Counted from the stretch's first letter, positions 27,134 to 37,869 are shown. The stretch: DNA of 64,000 nucleotides from Patescibacteria group bacterium (GCA_028717685.1 JAQUNI010000001.1:335451-399450); one strand, 5' to 3'. Notes: a model not told the origin generated them from the letters alone. Made by a program: numbers and translations.

Positions 27134-27441
27134 TGGGCTTCAATTAATGAATTAATTCCCGCCTTTAGCCGTAAAAAAGGCCTAGTAAAGCGAGATTTTA
27201 GCTAATCTTAGGCAATCCCAAGGAACCGATCCCCTAAGCGCCTAATTTCGCTAAAATAAGGTTAAATCATCCTGAATTTCTAGTTGTTTTAACTAATATA
27301 AGCCAAAACAAAAAAATCCTTGACAGATTTAAGAAAGTATTGTAGCATATCTTTTCTTAAAAGTCAAGGATCTATAACAAAAAACAGCTTCTCGATAAAG
27401 AAAGCTGTTTTCTGTTTTTTGGATATGAGCAAAAATTTTTG

Positions 27442-27513
27442 AGCGGGTGAGCGGAATTGAACCGCCTTCTCATCCTTGGCAAGGATGTATAATAACCGTT
27501 ATACGACACCCGC
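27442..27513 (-). tRNA. tRNA-Gly(GCC).
   Basis: GCGGGTG/CACCCGC acceptor stem, anticodon stem-loop CATCC-TTGCCAA-GGATG, T-loop TTCAATT. Confidence 0.8.
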
Positions 27514-27534
27514 TTCGTCGGCCTTTCGGCCTCC

Positions 27535-27783
27535 TCAGCGTAAACTAAACTCTTTTATTAAATTTTCTTTTTTCTCTCTCCTCCAACCTTTGATTTCTTT
27601 TTCTCTACTATGTGCTTGCTGGCGAATTCCAAAACTTTCCACATAAACCAATTTGACTGGTAATTTGTTTTTTGTGAATGGAGTCAATCCGAGATTGTGT
27701 TCTTTTATCCTTTTCGCTAAATTCCAAGTGATGCCAGTATACAAACAATCATCTTGGCAACGTAAAATATAAACAAAATACAT
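27535..27783 (-). CDS. Small stand-alone GIY-YIG nuclease family protein (YhbQ-like), 82 aa.
   Basis: YFVYILRC.DDCLYTGITWNLAKRIKEHN...LVYVESF....AHSREKEIKGWRREKK. Confidence 0.65.
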   Translation of the reverse strand: MYFVYILRCQDDCLYTGITWNLAKRIKEHNLGLTPFTKNKLPVKLVYVESFGIRQQAHSREKEIKGWRREKKENLIKEFSLR

Positions 27784-27842
27784 AAAATCAAACTAAGTAC
27801 AACAAAAAAAGTTTACACCGAGTAAACCTAAGGTTTACGAGG

Positions 27843-28163
27843 TGCCGAGGGGCAGAATCGGACTGCCGACACGATGATTTTCCATATTTTCTCTTGAATT
27901 TCTTCAAGGATTGGACTATATCTTCTGCCTCTTTTTAATCAAAAAGAGGAGCTGGGCGCTATTTGCAGGATTATTGTCGGGGCTCACCTGCTAGTCTCTA
28001 CACCTTCTCCTTAAAATTATCCCCTTAAGGAGCTTGGCTCGGGATTACCATATCCTTTTTTACGAGATTTAGGCTCCCCCGAATTCACCCAGTTTTCAAT
28101 CCCGAATTACTTCGGGTTGGACCGAAAATTCAGTCATCTGCTCTACCACTGAGCTACCTCGGC
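27843..28163 (-). tRNA. tRNA-Phe(GAA) interrupted in the anticodon loop by a roughly 245 nt group I intron.
   Basis: 5' exon GCCGAGGTAGCTCAGTGGTAGAGCAGATGACTGAA (28163 down to about 28129). 3' exon AAAATCATCGTGTCGGCAGTCCGATTCTGCCCCTCGGCACC (about 27881 down to 27841). The exons match tRNA-Phe (variable region CGTGTC, acceptor stem pairing). Confidence 0.7.
27882..28128 (-). ncRNA. Group I intron within tRNA-Phe; no ORF.
   Basis: The group I core S element AAGATATAGTCC (27912-27927 on plus) and the R-like GAGACTA (27988-28005 on plus) are both present. Size is similar to cyanobacterial tRNA-Leu introns. The P3-P7 core contains UAUGGUAAU...GCCAAG. Confidence 0.6.
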
Positions 28164-28300
28164 AAGTTGGTAATCAGTAATCGGTAATTCGTAATTAGGG
28201 TAAACCCAGCACTGTCCGCCTTTAGCGGACTGGTGCGTGGGTAAACTCGCCCTTTGGGCGAGAAATTCCTGATTACTAGTTACTGATTACCGATTACTAA
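28164..28300. repeat. Long inverted repeat (TAATCAGTAATCGGTAATTCGTAATTAGGG ... CCTGATTACTAGTTACTGATTACCGATTACTAATTAC) flanking a GC hairpin.
   Basis: The arms are reverse complements of each other. The same family occurs at 40430-40545, flanking ATCGGCCGAAGGCCGAT. Confidence 0.7.
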
Positions 28301-28414
28301 TTACTATTTTCTAACCCATTGACATAAACATAATATCCTAAACTACCCAGGTTGTAAACCCCGCACCGAATCTTTTTCTAATAAAAAACAGGGCTGATTA
28401 GCATAAAATCCAAT

Positions 28415-30199
28415 TCAGTCTGCCTGATTCACTAATATTGTAACTTCTGGTACAGAGTAAACTCTAAGATTATAATACCCTCCTCCTTTTCCCCAATCTT
28501 TCGTGAACCCCCAGCCATTCCAAGAAAGAACATTTAAATTTTGGGAGGTTTTACTTTCAGGATGCTCGTATGCTCCTTCCAAAGCGACCAGTTCTGATTT
28601 CTGATCCTTATTGAAATCTCCCGCCTCAATCTCTAAAAGAGGTTTATCTAAAATTGACGAGCCCCAGATTAAATCAAGCGCGCCCTGCCCGCCATCGCGA
28701 GCTTCAGGCGAGGCGGGCGTGGCTCTTTTCAGATTATATAAAAACAAGTGGCTTCCCCAATGTTCTTTGTTTTCCGTATTCGCAAGGGGCGAGTTCTCCG
28801 CGTAATCCCCTTTTTTCCACAGGGCTAAAGCAAGGTCGGGTTTGGCGTCGCCGTTAAAATCGCCAACCGTATAATCATTAACCACCCAAGCGGGATCGCT
28901 TTCCCAAATCTTTGTTTCATTTTGAAAAACTTTAACCAAGCCTTGATCCAAAGTAATCTTTTCTTCTTTGGTATCCTGATCTAAATCTTGATTAAGGAGA
29001 GAAGGAATCCCCGCAAAGACAGCCCCGCTTTTCAAGCCTAAACTTATCCCTTCCTGATACGCTCCATTTTGAAAAGAAAAGGAAGGCTGTTCGTCTAAAG
29101 CAATGCCCAACATTTTAAGGAGCCTGTTCTGTTCGCTTGGAGAAACAAACTGGGGCTGACTGTAATCAAAAATTTTGACGGGTAAAAAATTCAGCTCTAC
29201 TACGCCATCGCGGTCCAGATAAATGTCCGCGACCATCCCCTCCCGCGTCTCCTCACTCCACATCTGGTCAAAAACAAAATTACCCAAAGAATAGATAATA
29301 TATTTGCCTTTATATTTTTCCACGGTCTGAAACCAATGCGGATGATGGCCAATCACTAAATCCGCGCCCGCGTCAATCGCTTGGCGGGCAAAAGCGATTT
29401 GCCTCTCGTTGGGGGCGCGCTTATACTCTGTGCCCGCGTGCATAGAAACAATCACCAAATCCGCTTCTTTTTTCGCTCGCGCTAAATCACTTTTTAAATC
29501 CTCTGCGTTCATTATCGCCGCGCCGGCGTTATTCTCCTTGGCTTCGGTGTTGCCAGCGTAAGTATAAGCTAAAAAAGCGATTTTAAGATTATTTCTTTCC
29601 ACTATTGCCGCTTGATGCGCCTTTTCGCGACTCAATCCGGCGCCAATGCCTTGAATGCCCTCTTGCTCTAATAATTCCAAAGTTTTTTTAAGACCTTTAT
29701 CCCCTTGGTTCATAATATGGTTATTGGCTAAGGATAAAACATCAAAACCGACCTTGGTCAGCGCTCCCGCGCATTCCGGATCCGCGCGAAAAACCATACT
29801 GGGAGTATACACGGGCTCACCGGCAAGCAAGGGCGACTCTAAATTGCCGAAAGTGATATCCGCGTTTTGCAAAAATTGCCCCATTTTCCGAAAAGGATAT
29901 TGATAATCATTATATTCCACCATCTTTTGGCCTACATTGCGCGAAAGCATCATATCGCCCACTGCCACGAGATGAACTAAAGGATCTGCGGGAACGGGCA
30001 GACTCGGCTTTTCTAATACTGCTTCACTTTTCTCTTTAACTTCCGCGGACAGAGGTAATCTTTTTCGGCTCTCTTTAAAGTAAGTGAACGGCTCGTTAAT
30101 AGGCAAAATTCTAAAAAGCGCCACCCCAATAATGACAATAAGCGGAACGATGGACCAAAATAAAATTTTGGAAAACATAAAAAATAAATCAAAAATCAA
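28415..30199 (-). CDS. CapA family (poly-gamma-glutamate synthesis / metallophosphatase) protein with a C-terminal FG-GAP-like extension.
   Basis: LVAVGDMMLSRNV, FGNLESPL, DVLSLANNHIMNQG and GHHPHWFQ (metallophosphoesterase motifs). The C-terminus has DFNGDAKPDLALALW and DFNKDQKSELVALEG repeats. Confidence 0.75.
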   Translation of the reverse strand: MIFDLFFMFSKILFWSIVPLIVIIGVALFRILPINEPFTYFKESRKRLPLSAEVKEKSEAVLEKPSLPVPADPLVHLVAVGDMMLSRNVGQKMVEYNDYQYPFRKMGQFLQNADITFGNLESPLLAGEPVYTPSMVFRADPECAGALTKVGFDVLSLANNHIMNQGDKGLKKTLELLEQEGIQGIGAGLSREKAHQAAIVERNNLKIAFLAYTYAGNTEAKENNAGAAIMNAEDLKSDLARAKKEADLVIVSMHAGTEYKRAPNERQIAFARQAIDAGADLVIGHHPHWFQTVEKYKGKYIIYSLGNFVFDQMWSEETREGMVADIYLDRDGVVELNFLPVKIFDYSQPQFVSPSEQNRLLKMLGIALDEQPSFSFQNGAYQEGISLGLKSGAVFAGIPSLLNQDLDQDTKEEKITLDQGLVKVFQNETKIWESDPAWVVNDYTVGDFNGDAKPDLALALWKKGDYAENSPLANTENKEHWGSHLFLYNLKRATPASPEARDGGQGALDLIWGSSILDKPLLEIEAGDFNKDQKSELVALEGAYEHPESKTSQNLNVLSWNGWGFTKDWGKGGGYYNLRVYSVPEVTILVNQAD

Positions 30200-30342
30200 A
30201 TATCCCCTGCTCGCCTCGCGTTAAATATAGTCTACCAATAATCACTCATTTATATCTCTTAAAATAGCATCAATTGGCAGACAAGTTAAAGGCGAGCGGG
30301 GCAGGCAAAATGCAATTTGATTTTTGATTTTTACATTTTGAT

Positions 30343-32727
30343 CTATTCAGCAATAAAACTCTCCGTCCATTTCGGTAAACTCGGCATCTTCTGGCTGCTT
30401 TCGCCGGATAAAATTTTCCACCATTCTTCGTCTGTTAAACGGTTGGATAAAGGCTGTAGAAATTCATAATGAGAATAAATCCCGCCTTTCGCGATTTTCA
30501 GTTTACCTTCCACTGGCGCCACCACATAGATAGGAAAAATATTACCCGTGGCTTCTTCCAGCACGACGCCGTTCGGGTCAGTAGCAACATCGGCGGCAAG
30601 CGCTCCAGGATGATCATCTACCTCACTCGCGCTTTGAACATTCATATCCTTCATCACAGAGAGCCAAAGATGCTCCAGCTCCCCGCCGTAAAAGCGGATA
30701 AAATTATACTCTTCCTCGGACAAACCCTTGCCTTCCAATTCTTTTTCCGCGATGATTTTGAGCTGATCCGCGATTTCTTTTAATTGGTTAATGCTCTCCC
30801 CCTGTTCCTCCGATAAAATCCCGCGCATTTCCAGACCATCCGAAAGCATCTTGGCTAGACCAGCTAACCTTGCATAGACCTCTGGCTCGGGCTCCACATA
30901 GCCGCGGTCATCATATTTTTCTGATGGCCCTGCGCCCATTTCGGCATAAACCTGCTTGGCATAAAGAATCGTATCATGCTTTAACTCTGTCCAAGAACCA
31001 AGATAGCCATTTAAGTTTTTCCTTACCCAAGCTTCATTTTGCATAAACTCCGGATAGCCTTCTCCCTTAGCAAGCAATATTGGATTTAAGGAATAAAGCC
31101 AGCCCCAATAAAGATTCTGGGTCCAAGTTTGTTGGTCAAGGCCTGCTAAATATTCACGCATTTTGCGCATATTTTCAGGATAATTCTGGTAATCATCCGC
31201 TCCACCCGCTTTTAGAATGCTGTATGCCTCCTCACTACCCAAGGCCGCTGGAATATCCAACCCCTCCGGCAGCATCCTCCGCTGACCCTTTTTGTTTTCC
31301 TTAACCTCGCGGTAAATCAGTCTTTGAAAAATAGAGGCGTCAATCGTAAATCGCTGACCCATCACACGGAAACCTTTAATCTCCTCCTCGCGATCCGGAT
31401 TAATTGATTCATCAAAAATAGGTATTGAGTTAATCTGTGGCGGCGTCAGCTCCTTGGCTTGTCCCATAAAAATAATGAAGTTGTCTTGCGAGAGCAATTT
31501 ATCCAGATTAATGTCATCGCCGTAAACCCGCTTTAGAATCTCTAAATATTGGTAAAAAGTGATGTCGTCCGATTTACCGACAAAAAAGTTCGTCGGCTCG
31601 TAAATCTTCTCCCAATTCGTGAAATTCGCTTCTTTTTGGCCTAGAGCTAAACTTGCCAAAATCGCGGAGCGGGTTTCATCATCGCTTTTTTGCCTAAAGG
31701 TCATCCGACCATACCACATCATTGTTTTAAAATATCTTTGCAAATCTTCGGACTTGGAGTAATGACCGCGCGGAATATACTGCGAATAATCTTCCCTATA
31801 ATCAGCGCTAGCCTGACCCTTGTTCATTAAAGGCGACTCTGTAATACCCTCGCGCTTCTCTATAAGATTTAGCTCCTCGCCCACCACATCCGCAACCTCG
31901 CCCCCCACTGGCGCCGCGGGTTCTAATAGTTTCGTGGCAACTGTGAAAAAGGCAACATTGCGCAAAGCCGCGTTTTCCCAAGCCGTCCCGCGCAAAGCCT
32001 CTAATTGCGTTTCCGAAGCAACAAGCATTCCGGCATTAAGCTCCCGCAGGGCCTGAATCAGCTTCTCCTCTTCTAGTTTTTTTAAACTATAGTCAAAAAG
32101 AAGGTGAAAATTGTGCAAAACCGAATCCACGGTAATGAAATTGGGCACAGAATCGTAACGGTTGTTTTCATAAATTTGAAAGAACTCCTTATAGCTCCCT
32201 TCTGTCACCACGAAAGTATTCTTTTCTAATAAATTCTGCGCCGCCGCAGTCAATTCGCTAAACTGCTCTTTATTTTCCACATTTTCCAAATCCTTTTCTA
32301 TTTTGTAAGAAGCCACTTTCGGCGTTACGTTTACCTTTTCCGCCTCAAAGCTCGCGAAATTCTGCGCCGCCGCGCCTTTCACCTGCACCAAACTCCCGAT
32401 ATTGCTCTTAAAATCAAGGGCAGTAACTGGCTTTTTTCCCTCTCCTTTGGCTTTAAAATAGCGATTATAGGCAACATAGCCCCCAGCCGAAACCACGGCT
32501 AAAAATACCACAGCCGCCGCAGCGATTGCCCACCAAAACCATCTTTTTTTTGGAGAAGGCTCCGGGAGCGAAAGAGAGCTTATTGGAGAAGCGCTCTCCA
32601 ACTCATTAGGGCTATTACTTGCGGATTCTTGTTTGTTTAATTCTGCTTTGGGTTGTTCTAAAGGAGTCTTTGTTTGTTTCATATTTTTTATTTTAGTTAA
32701 AACATTTAATGCCGCGGAGCGCTGCAA
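30343..32727 (-). CDS. Hypothetical membrane-anchored protein (794 aa).
   Basis: Long ORF with an N-terminal Ser/Pro-rich region and a single transmembrane helix (WFWWAIAAAAVVFLAVVSAGGYVAY). Confidence 0.6.
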   Translation of the reverse strand: MQRSAALNVLTKIKNMKQTKTPLEQPKAELNKQESASNSPNELESASPISSLSLPEPSPKKRWFWWAIAAAAVVFLAVVSAGGYVAYNRYFKAKGEGKKPVTALDFKSNIGSLVQVKGAAAQNFASFEAEKVNVTPKVASYKIEKDLENVENKEQFSELTAAAQNLLEKNTFVVTEGSYKEFFQIYENNRYDSVPNFITVDSVLHNFHLLFDYSLKKLEEEKLIQALRELNAGMLVASETQLEALRGTAWENAALRNVAFFTVATKLLEPAAPVGGEVADVVGEELNLIEKREGITESPLMNKGQASADYREDYSQYIPRGHYSKSEDLQRYFKTMMWYGRMTFRQKSDDETRSAILASLALGQKEANFTNWEKIYEPTNFFVGKSDDITFYQYLEILKRVYGDDINLDKLLSQDNFIIFMGQAKELTPPQINSIPIFDESINPDREEEIKGFRVMGQRFTIDASIFQRLIYREVKENKKGQRRMLPEGLDIPAALGSEEAYSILKAGGADDYQNYPENMRKMREYLAGLDQQTWTQNLYWGWLYSLNPILLAKGEGYPEFMQNEAWVRKNLNGYLGSWTELKHDTILYAKQVYAEMGAGPSEKYDDRGYVEPEPEVYARLAGLAKMLSDGLEMRGILSEEQGESINQLKEIADQLKIIAEKELEGKGLSEEEYNFIRFYGGELEHLWLSVMKDMNVQSASEVDDHPGALAADVATDPNGVVLEEATGNIFPIYVVAPVEGKLKIAKGGIYSHYEFLQPLSNRLTDEEWWKILSGESSQKMPSLPKWTESFIAE

Positions 32728-33164
32728 TGTGGAGACGTTGTGATATAACGTCTCTATAAATCATTATAAGCTCTCCATCATTTAAAGGCAATAAAACGCA
32801 TTTAATGTCACCCTCAATTTGATCGGGAATCCATATTAGAGACACTATTCCTAGATTTCCGCGCTTCAATTATTATTTTTTATTTTGTATTTTTTATTCA
32901 TTTTTTATTTAACCATTTCTTATTTCTTAGGTCATTACACTATCTTTCTTAACCAGAGTTTACTTTATTGAAATAAGAATTAAAAAATAAGAAATGAATA
33001 AGAAACAAGAAATAACAAATAAGAAATACTGAAGGGAATGACAATAAATATCTAAATTTAATTATTTATGAAACGCGAAAGTCTTGGGACTGCTTCCGAA
33101 TTTTATTTCCTCTCCCTTTTGAACTATGGTAGAATAATGATATCTTGATATTCAAAATAAAAAA

Positions 33165-33689
33165 ATGAAATACAATCTTAAAACCATCTTGTTCTTTCTT
33201 TTAATGTCATCCGCTGTTATTCTAATCTCCTCCCCTGTCGCTCAAGCCGTCTGCCCAGTCTGCACGATCGCGGTTTGCGGCGCCGTGGGCTTGTCGCGCT
33301 GGCTCAAAATTGATGATTCTATCACTGGTTTATGGATTGGCGGCTTAACCGTTTCTTTAATCGTCTGGACCGTAACTTGGCTCCGCAAAAAAAATTGGCG
33401 ATTTCCGGGTATGCCCATTGCGGTCGTTCTCATATATTATTTAATTGTTTGCCTGACCTTATACTTCGCGAAATTTTTAGGCCAGCCCGTTAATTGTTTC
33501 TGGGGCGTAGATAAGCTGTTATGGGGCATCATCATCGGCAGTATCTTTTTTTCTGCTGGCGCCTCTTTTTATTCTTATCTGAAGAAAAAAAATGGCGGCA
33601 AAGCTTATTTTCCTTTCCAGAAAGTGGTGATGCCAATTATTCCGCTTTTGATTTTAAGCGTGATTTTTTATCTTTTAACCAAAAAATAG
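33165..33689 (+). CDS. Hypothetical integral membrane protein (174 aa, about 4 transmembrane helices).
   Basis: Signal-like N-terminus, a CPVCTIAVCGAV motif and multiple hydrophobic helices. Confidence 0.55.
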   Translation: MKYNLKTILFFLLMSSAVILISSPVAQAVCPVCTIAVCGAVGLSRWLKIDDSITGLWIGGLTVSLIVWTVTWLRKKNWRFPGMPIAVVLIYYLIVCLTLYFAKFLGQPVNCFWGVDKLLWGIIIGSIFFSAGASFYSYLKKKNGGKAYFPFQKVVMPIIPLLILSVIFYLLTKK

Positions 33690-33878
33690 AGTTTATTCAT
33701 CATTGCGAGCAGTTCCTTGCACTCCCCTTGCCTTGAGCGGGGAGACAAGAGGGAAAGGGAATGGCTCTCCCCCTGCCCGAGCCTGCCTGCCGGTAGGCAG
33801 GGGGGAGATGAAGGGGGAGGGAGGAAAAATTGTAAAGAAAGACCCCACCTCGCTTTGCTCGCAACGACGGTCATATCT

Positions 33879-34412
33879 ATGCCTACACCTGACATTGAAA
33901 AATTAAACCAATTTATTCAAAAAGTGGACCAGATGAAAAAACAGGAAAAGATGGATCTCTCATCGGATCAGGATTTAAGTTTGGCGATTATGAACTTGGT
34001 GAGTATTGAAGAGCATTTTTTCTTCACAGGCGCGAAAACGGGTAAAACTGAATATTATGATCTGATTTCCGAGGTAAGGGAAATGCGCAAGGCACTCTTA
34101 AAAAAAATCATCAAAGAATATGAGGGTGAAATTTGGTGCATTTCCAAGCATCTCCTCGCCGCTTCCATGCGGCTTATGGAAGTCGGCACAAAACAGCTCG
34201 GGATAGGACGCAAGGAAGAAGCTTATAATTTATTTGATAAGGCTTACAAACTTTATTCCCTCTTTTGGGGCTTAAATATGAAATTGATGAAAACCGAGGA
34301 TTTAAAAAAGATTGACGCGAACGCGCTCAACAAGCACGACAAAGAGAAAAAGGGATTCTTGGGCAAACTCGGGGACTTAGTCAAAAAAGTGGTTGATTGC
34401 TGCATTGAATAG
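33879..34412 (+). CDS. Hypothetical protein (177 aa counted from MPTPDIEKL).
   Basis: The track ORF starts at 33717, but the first 54 codons are a translation of the GC-rich repeat at 33720-33835. The Met at 33879 is the likelier start. Confidence 0.5.
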   Translation: MPTPDIEKLNQFIQKVDQMKKQEKMDLSSDQDLSLAIMNLVSIEEHFFFTGAKTGKTEYYDLISEVREMRKALLKKIIKEYEGEIWCISKHLLAASMRLMEVGTKQLGIGRKEEAYNLFDKAYKLYSLFWGLNMKLMKTEDLKKIDANALNKHDKEKKGFLGKLGDLVKKVVDCCIE

Positions 34413-34480
34413 AAAACATAACAAAAAAACAGATTACTTTTCATAAGTAATCTGTTTTTTTGTTATATTGCGCTTGTTCT

Positions 34481-35665
34481 TTATCCATTAATATCAGGGA
34501 AATTATCAGTTATAAATTTATCAATGCCAGGAAGGTTTGTTTTGAGATAGTCGGGAGCAGTAGTTTTTAATCTTACTGCTTCAGTGAAGAATTCATCATA
34601 TTTCAATTTATGTTTGGCGTATGAGGCGGCATATTCTGTTATTGCCCCCGATCTATCAACTAATTCCTTCCATTCTTTCCGTTTATCAGCGTCCAGCAAA
34701 TAATCGTAGATGTGATGAGCGACTTCGTGCGCCACTGCTCCTAATTTGTATTGTCTCATTTTTTCCTCCGCCGGAACATGTTCCAGATAATCCAACTTTT
34801 CCGGCTTCTCGCCGTAAAAACTGTAGAAATATATCGGCGTAGGAATGAATTTTTTACTGAAATTGGGATCAGTATTCCAACGCACAAAGGATTCGGCGCG
34901 GAATTTGCGATTTTTGACTTCTGGCATTTGTTTTTCCCATTCCACATAAACATCCACAGGCAACATATAATCAGCGCCACTTATACTCACATTCACCTTA
35001 TCAGGCGCGTATTTCATTTTTGAAATCAGGCATTTCCGCAATAATTCCCCGCCGAAAACCCGATAAACAAATTCCTTGGCGTCTGGAATATCAGGGTCAT
35101 TTTCAAAACCAGAAAAATCAATTTCTTTGTCCTTATTTTGCTCTATGGCTTCATTATAACTTTGGGCTTTCAATACTGCTTCCAAAAGCGCGCGCGCTTT
35201 TGTTTGCTCATCTTCTTCACTGGCGAGCAAACTCTCATAATCAAAATTTGCCTGCCGCAGAAGGGTGGCAATTTGTTCGTCCCTGTTTTCTTCAATGAAA
35301 CCTAAAACCCTATCAATCAATTCATCTGATACTTTCGGTAAAGTTTCGTTTTCAAACTTTTCGCAATTTACACCGATGGTATCTAACAGCTCAATAATTT
35401 CAGAATCAACTTCCGCATAATCTGCATAATACTCTTTAGCATATTGGGAAAGTTTCTCAATTTGAGCCTTGCTTTCCTGTCCGATAATGAACTCCTGCCT
35501 CCTTAATTTTTCCGCGCCTTGGTATTCTTGGGTAGATTTTACTCGCTCTAAAATTTCTCTCCGCTTTGCTTTATCGGGTTCTTGTTTAATTTCCTTTACT
35601 AAACTATCTCGATATTTTTGGAATTCAAAATTTTCCATATTTTTATCCAATGAGCTCATTAGCAA
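34481..35665 (-). CDS. Hypothetical protein with an HExxH (HEVAHH) metallopeptidase-like motif.
   Basis: 394 aa acidic protein with a C-terminal GAVAHEVAHHIYDY motif. Confidence 0.55.
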   Translation of the reverse strand: MLMSSLDKNMENFEFQKYRDSLVKEIKQEPDKAKRREILERVKSTQEYQGAEKLRRQEFIIGQESKAQIEKLSQYAKEYYADYAEVDSEIIELLDTIGVNCEKFENETLPKVSDELIDRVLGFIEENRDEQIATLLRQANFDYESLLASEEDEQTKARALLEAVLKAQSYNEAIEQNKDKEIDFSGFENDPDIPDAKEFVYRVFGGELLRKCLISKMKYAPDKVNVSISGADYMLPVDVYVEWEKQMPEVKNRKFRAESFVRWNTDPNFSKKFIPTPIYFYSFYGEKPEKLDYLEHVPAEEKMRQYKLGAVAHEVAHHIYDYLLDADKRKEWKELVDRSGAITEYAASYAKHKLKYDEFFTEAVRLKTTAPDYLKTNLPGIDKFITDNFPDING

Positions 35666-35699
35666 ATTCTTCTAATATTTCTTTTGAAATCCCGCCAAA

Positions 35700-36326
35700 C
35701 TAAATTTTAATTTCTGCACCATTGCCTACCAATTTAATCTTCCCATTTCTCACAAGAATCGCTTGTTCATCTGTAAGTATTTTAACCGGATACTTTGAAG
35801 TTGAAATTTCCTTCTTGAGAACTGAAGCATATTCTGGCTTAAAATGTACTGACAGCAGAAAGGGTACTAAGTTTAAAGCTCTCAAATCGGTTAATCCGAA
35901 TGTATTTCTATCTGGATGTTTCCAATATGCCATTTCTATTGTAGGGCAAGCGATACAACTTCCCGCGCTGACGCCAATATAAATAACGCCTTTTTGAATA
36001 AGCTCCTTTACAATCTTGCCAAAGCCGCTCTCTCTAACGCATTTCAATAAATAAAAAGTATTGCCACCTTGAACATAAATAATATCCTGATCGCCAAAGA
36101 GCCTCCTTAATTCATCCTCGTTCTTGCCCTCAATATCAATTTCTTGCACATCAAATCCAACATCAGCCATTATTTGGCTGTCTTTTTTAACATAAGAAAT
36201 GTCATCCTCGGCTTTTGAAGCAGTAGTAATATGGGCAAGTTTTATTTGATTGGCTGGTCTAGGGAGAAGTTTTAAAATTTCTTCCTTGACATTCATACCA
36301 GCAGAGGTTAAGAGTAGTGTTTTCAT
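35700..36326 (-). CDS. Peptidase E / S51 family (type 1 glutamine amidotransferase-like) dipeptidase.
   Basis: LLLTSAG...IYVQGGNTFYLL...IYIGVSAGSCIACPTIE. Confidence 0.7.
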   Translation of the reverse strand: MKTLLLTSAGMNVKEEILKLLPRPANQIKLAHITTASKAEDDISYVKKDSQIMADVGFDVQEIDIEGKNEDELRRLFGDQDIIYVQGGNTFYLLKCVRESGFGKIVKELIQKGVIYIGVSAGSCIACPTIEMAYWKHPDRNTFGLTDLRALNLVPFLLSVHFKPEYASVLKKEISTSKYPVKILTDEQAILVRNGKIKLVGNGAEIKI

Positions 36327-36395
36327 AATCTAGATCGTTGACTCAACAGTACGCCTCGGACGGAACTATGGAGCCAACAAAGATTTTTCTAACAT

Positions 36396-36469
36396 GGTGG
36401 ACCGAGTGGGAATTGAACCCACGACCTCCTCATTGCAAATGAGGCGTTCTACCACTGAACTACCGGCCC
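36396..36469 (-). tRNA. tRNA-Ala(UGC), with CCA encoded.
   Basis: G3:U70 acceptor pair, anticodon stem-loop CCTCA-TTTGCAA-TGAGG, T-arm GTGGGTTCAATTCCCAC, 3' ACCA. Confidence 0.85.
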
Positions 36470-36540
36470 TCGGGATTTATTCTTGATAATTTTATTAAGA
36501 TCATTGTCTCGCTTTGCGAGATCCCGCGTAGCGGGACAAA

Positions 36541-36572
36541 TGTGGCGCTCTAGCCAACTGAGCTACAGGCCC
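36541..36572 (-). pseudogene. tRNA-Ile-like 5' half (acceptor plus D-arm) fused to a repeat module; no 3' half.
   Basis: GGGCCTGTAGCTCAGTTGGCTAGAGCGCCACA matches the tRNA-Ile(GAT) 5' half. It is followed by TTTGTCCCGCTACGCGGGATCTCGCAAAGCGAGACAATG, which is the repeat module also seen at 25226-25260. Confidence 0.55.
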
Positions 36573-37544
36573 GTTTCAATTTAAAATTAAAAATGAAAAA
36601 TTAAAAATTCAAACTTTATTATTCTTGTCATTAAACGAAGTATACTTTTAAGGACAAATTAATCTTTATGGAGATTGCTTCGTCGTCCGCTTTAGGGCGT
36701 CCTCCTCGCAATGACGAATACAATAAAATAACAATGCAATAATGAAGCAATGAAACAATAAAAATTATTTCATTAAAAATTGAATAAAAAATTAAAAATT
36801 AAGAATTAAAAATTCTTTATACTATTATACAAAAAAAGACCCTTAAAAACAAGGTTCTTTTTTTATCCGCAAAGGAGTTTTCCTTTGGCAATTAAACAGT
36901 GATAGGAAACATCTTAAGATTTAAAACACATTTTGTTTAAAACGCCGTGTTTTAAGCTGGCCACTACCGTGTGGCTTTTTGGCGTTTGTTTGATAACAGT
37001 ATCCCTCGCGGGATACCGCGACAATATTTTTCTCCCTAGAAAGGAGGTGATCCATCGACAGCTTCCGCTACCGATGCCTTGTTACGACTTCGTCCTAATT
37101 ACCGATCCTACCGTGGATCCACCAAAAGGCGGAACTTCGGGTATTACCGGCTCTTCTGACGTGACGGGCGGTGAGTACAAGACCTGGGAACGTATTCACC
37201 GCGACATGGCTGATTCGCGGTTACTAGCGATTCCGGCTTCATGAGGTCGAGTTGCAGACCTCAATCCGAACTGGGGGTGCTTTTGATGGGATTAGCTATA
37301 GCGTTACCGCGTCGCGTCCCATTGTTACACCCATTGTAGCACGTGTGTCGCCCAGGGCATCAAAGGCCATGCTGACTTGACGTCGTCCCCACCTTCCTCC
37401 GACTATATGCCGGCAGTCTCGCGTGACAATAGTAACACGCGACAGGGGTTGCGTTCATTCCCGGACTTAACCGAACATCTCACGACATGAACTGACGACA
37501 GCCATGCAGCACCTGATCCCAAGGTTCCCCCCACAAGAGATCCA

Positions 37545-37712
37545 AATTCCAAACACTAAGCACCAAATTACAAACAATATCCAATAATCAAAGTTCCAAT
37601 GACCAAAACAGATTTGGAATTTTGAAAATTGAAATTTAGAATTTATTTGTCTGGCTATGCCAGATCTCGCTAGAAGCGAGAAAATTTGTGATTTGCGATT
37701 TGGGATTTCTAT
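37545..37712 (-). other. Insertion/expansion in the 16S V6 region (about 170 nt, AT-rich with internal palindromes).
   Basis: Lies between the conserved AACCTTACC and GGTGCTGCATGG. Contains the ATCTCGCTAGAAGCGAGAT and TCTGGCTATGCCAGA palindromes. Confidence 0.65.
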
Positions 37713-37791
37713 CTTGAATCCCTTATGGGGGCACATCTTAGTTTCCTAAGATCTCCTTGAGCGTCTTGCCCTGGTAAGGTTCCTCGCTTAC

Positions 37792-37825
<34 letters not shown>

Positions 37826-37837
37826 AGGTCCCCGTCT

Positions 37838-37869
<32 letters not shown>

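Noticed and set aside
33717-33878. N-terminal 54 codons of track ORF 33717..34412.
   Set aside because: They are encoded entirely by a GC-rich repeat. An internal Met with a plausible context is at 33879.
37467-37736. ORF 37467..37736 (-) and 36933..37244 (+).
   Set aside because: They lie inside the 16S rRNA gene.
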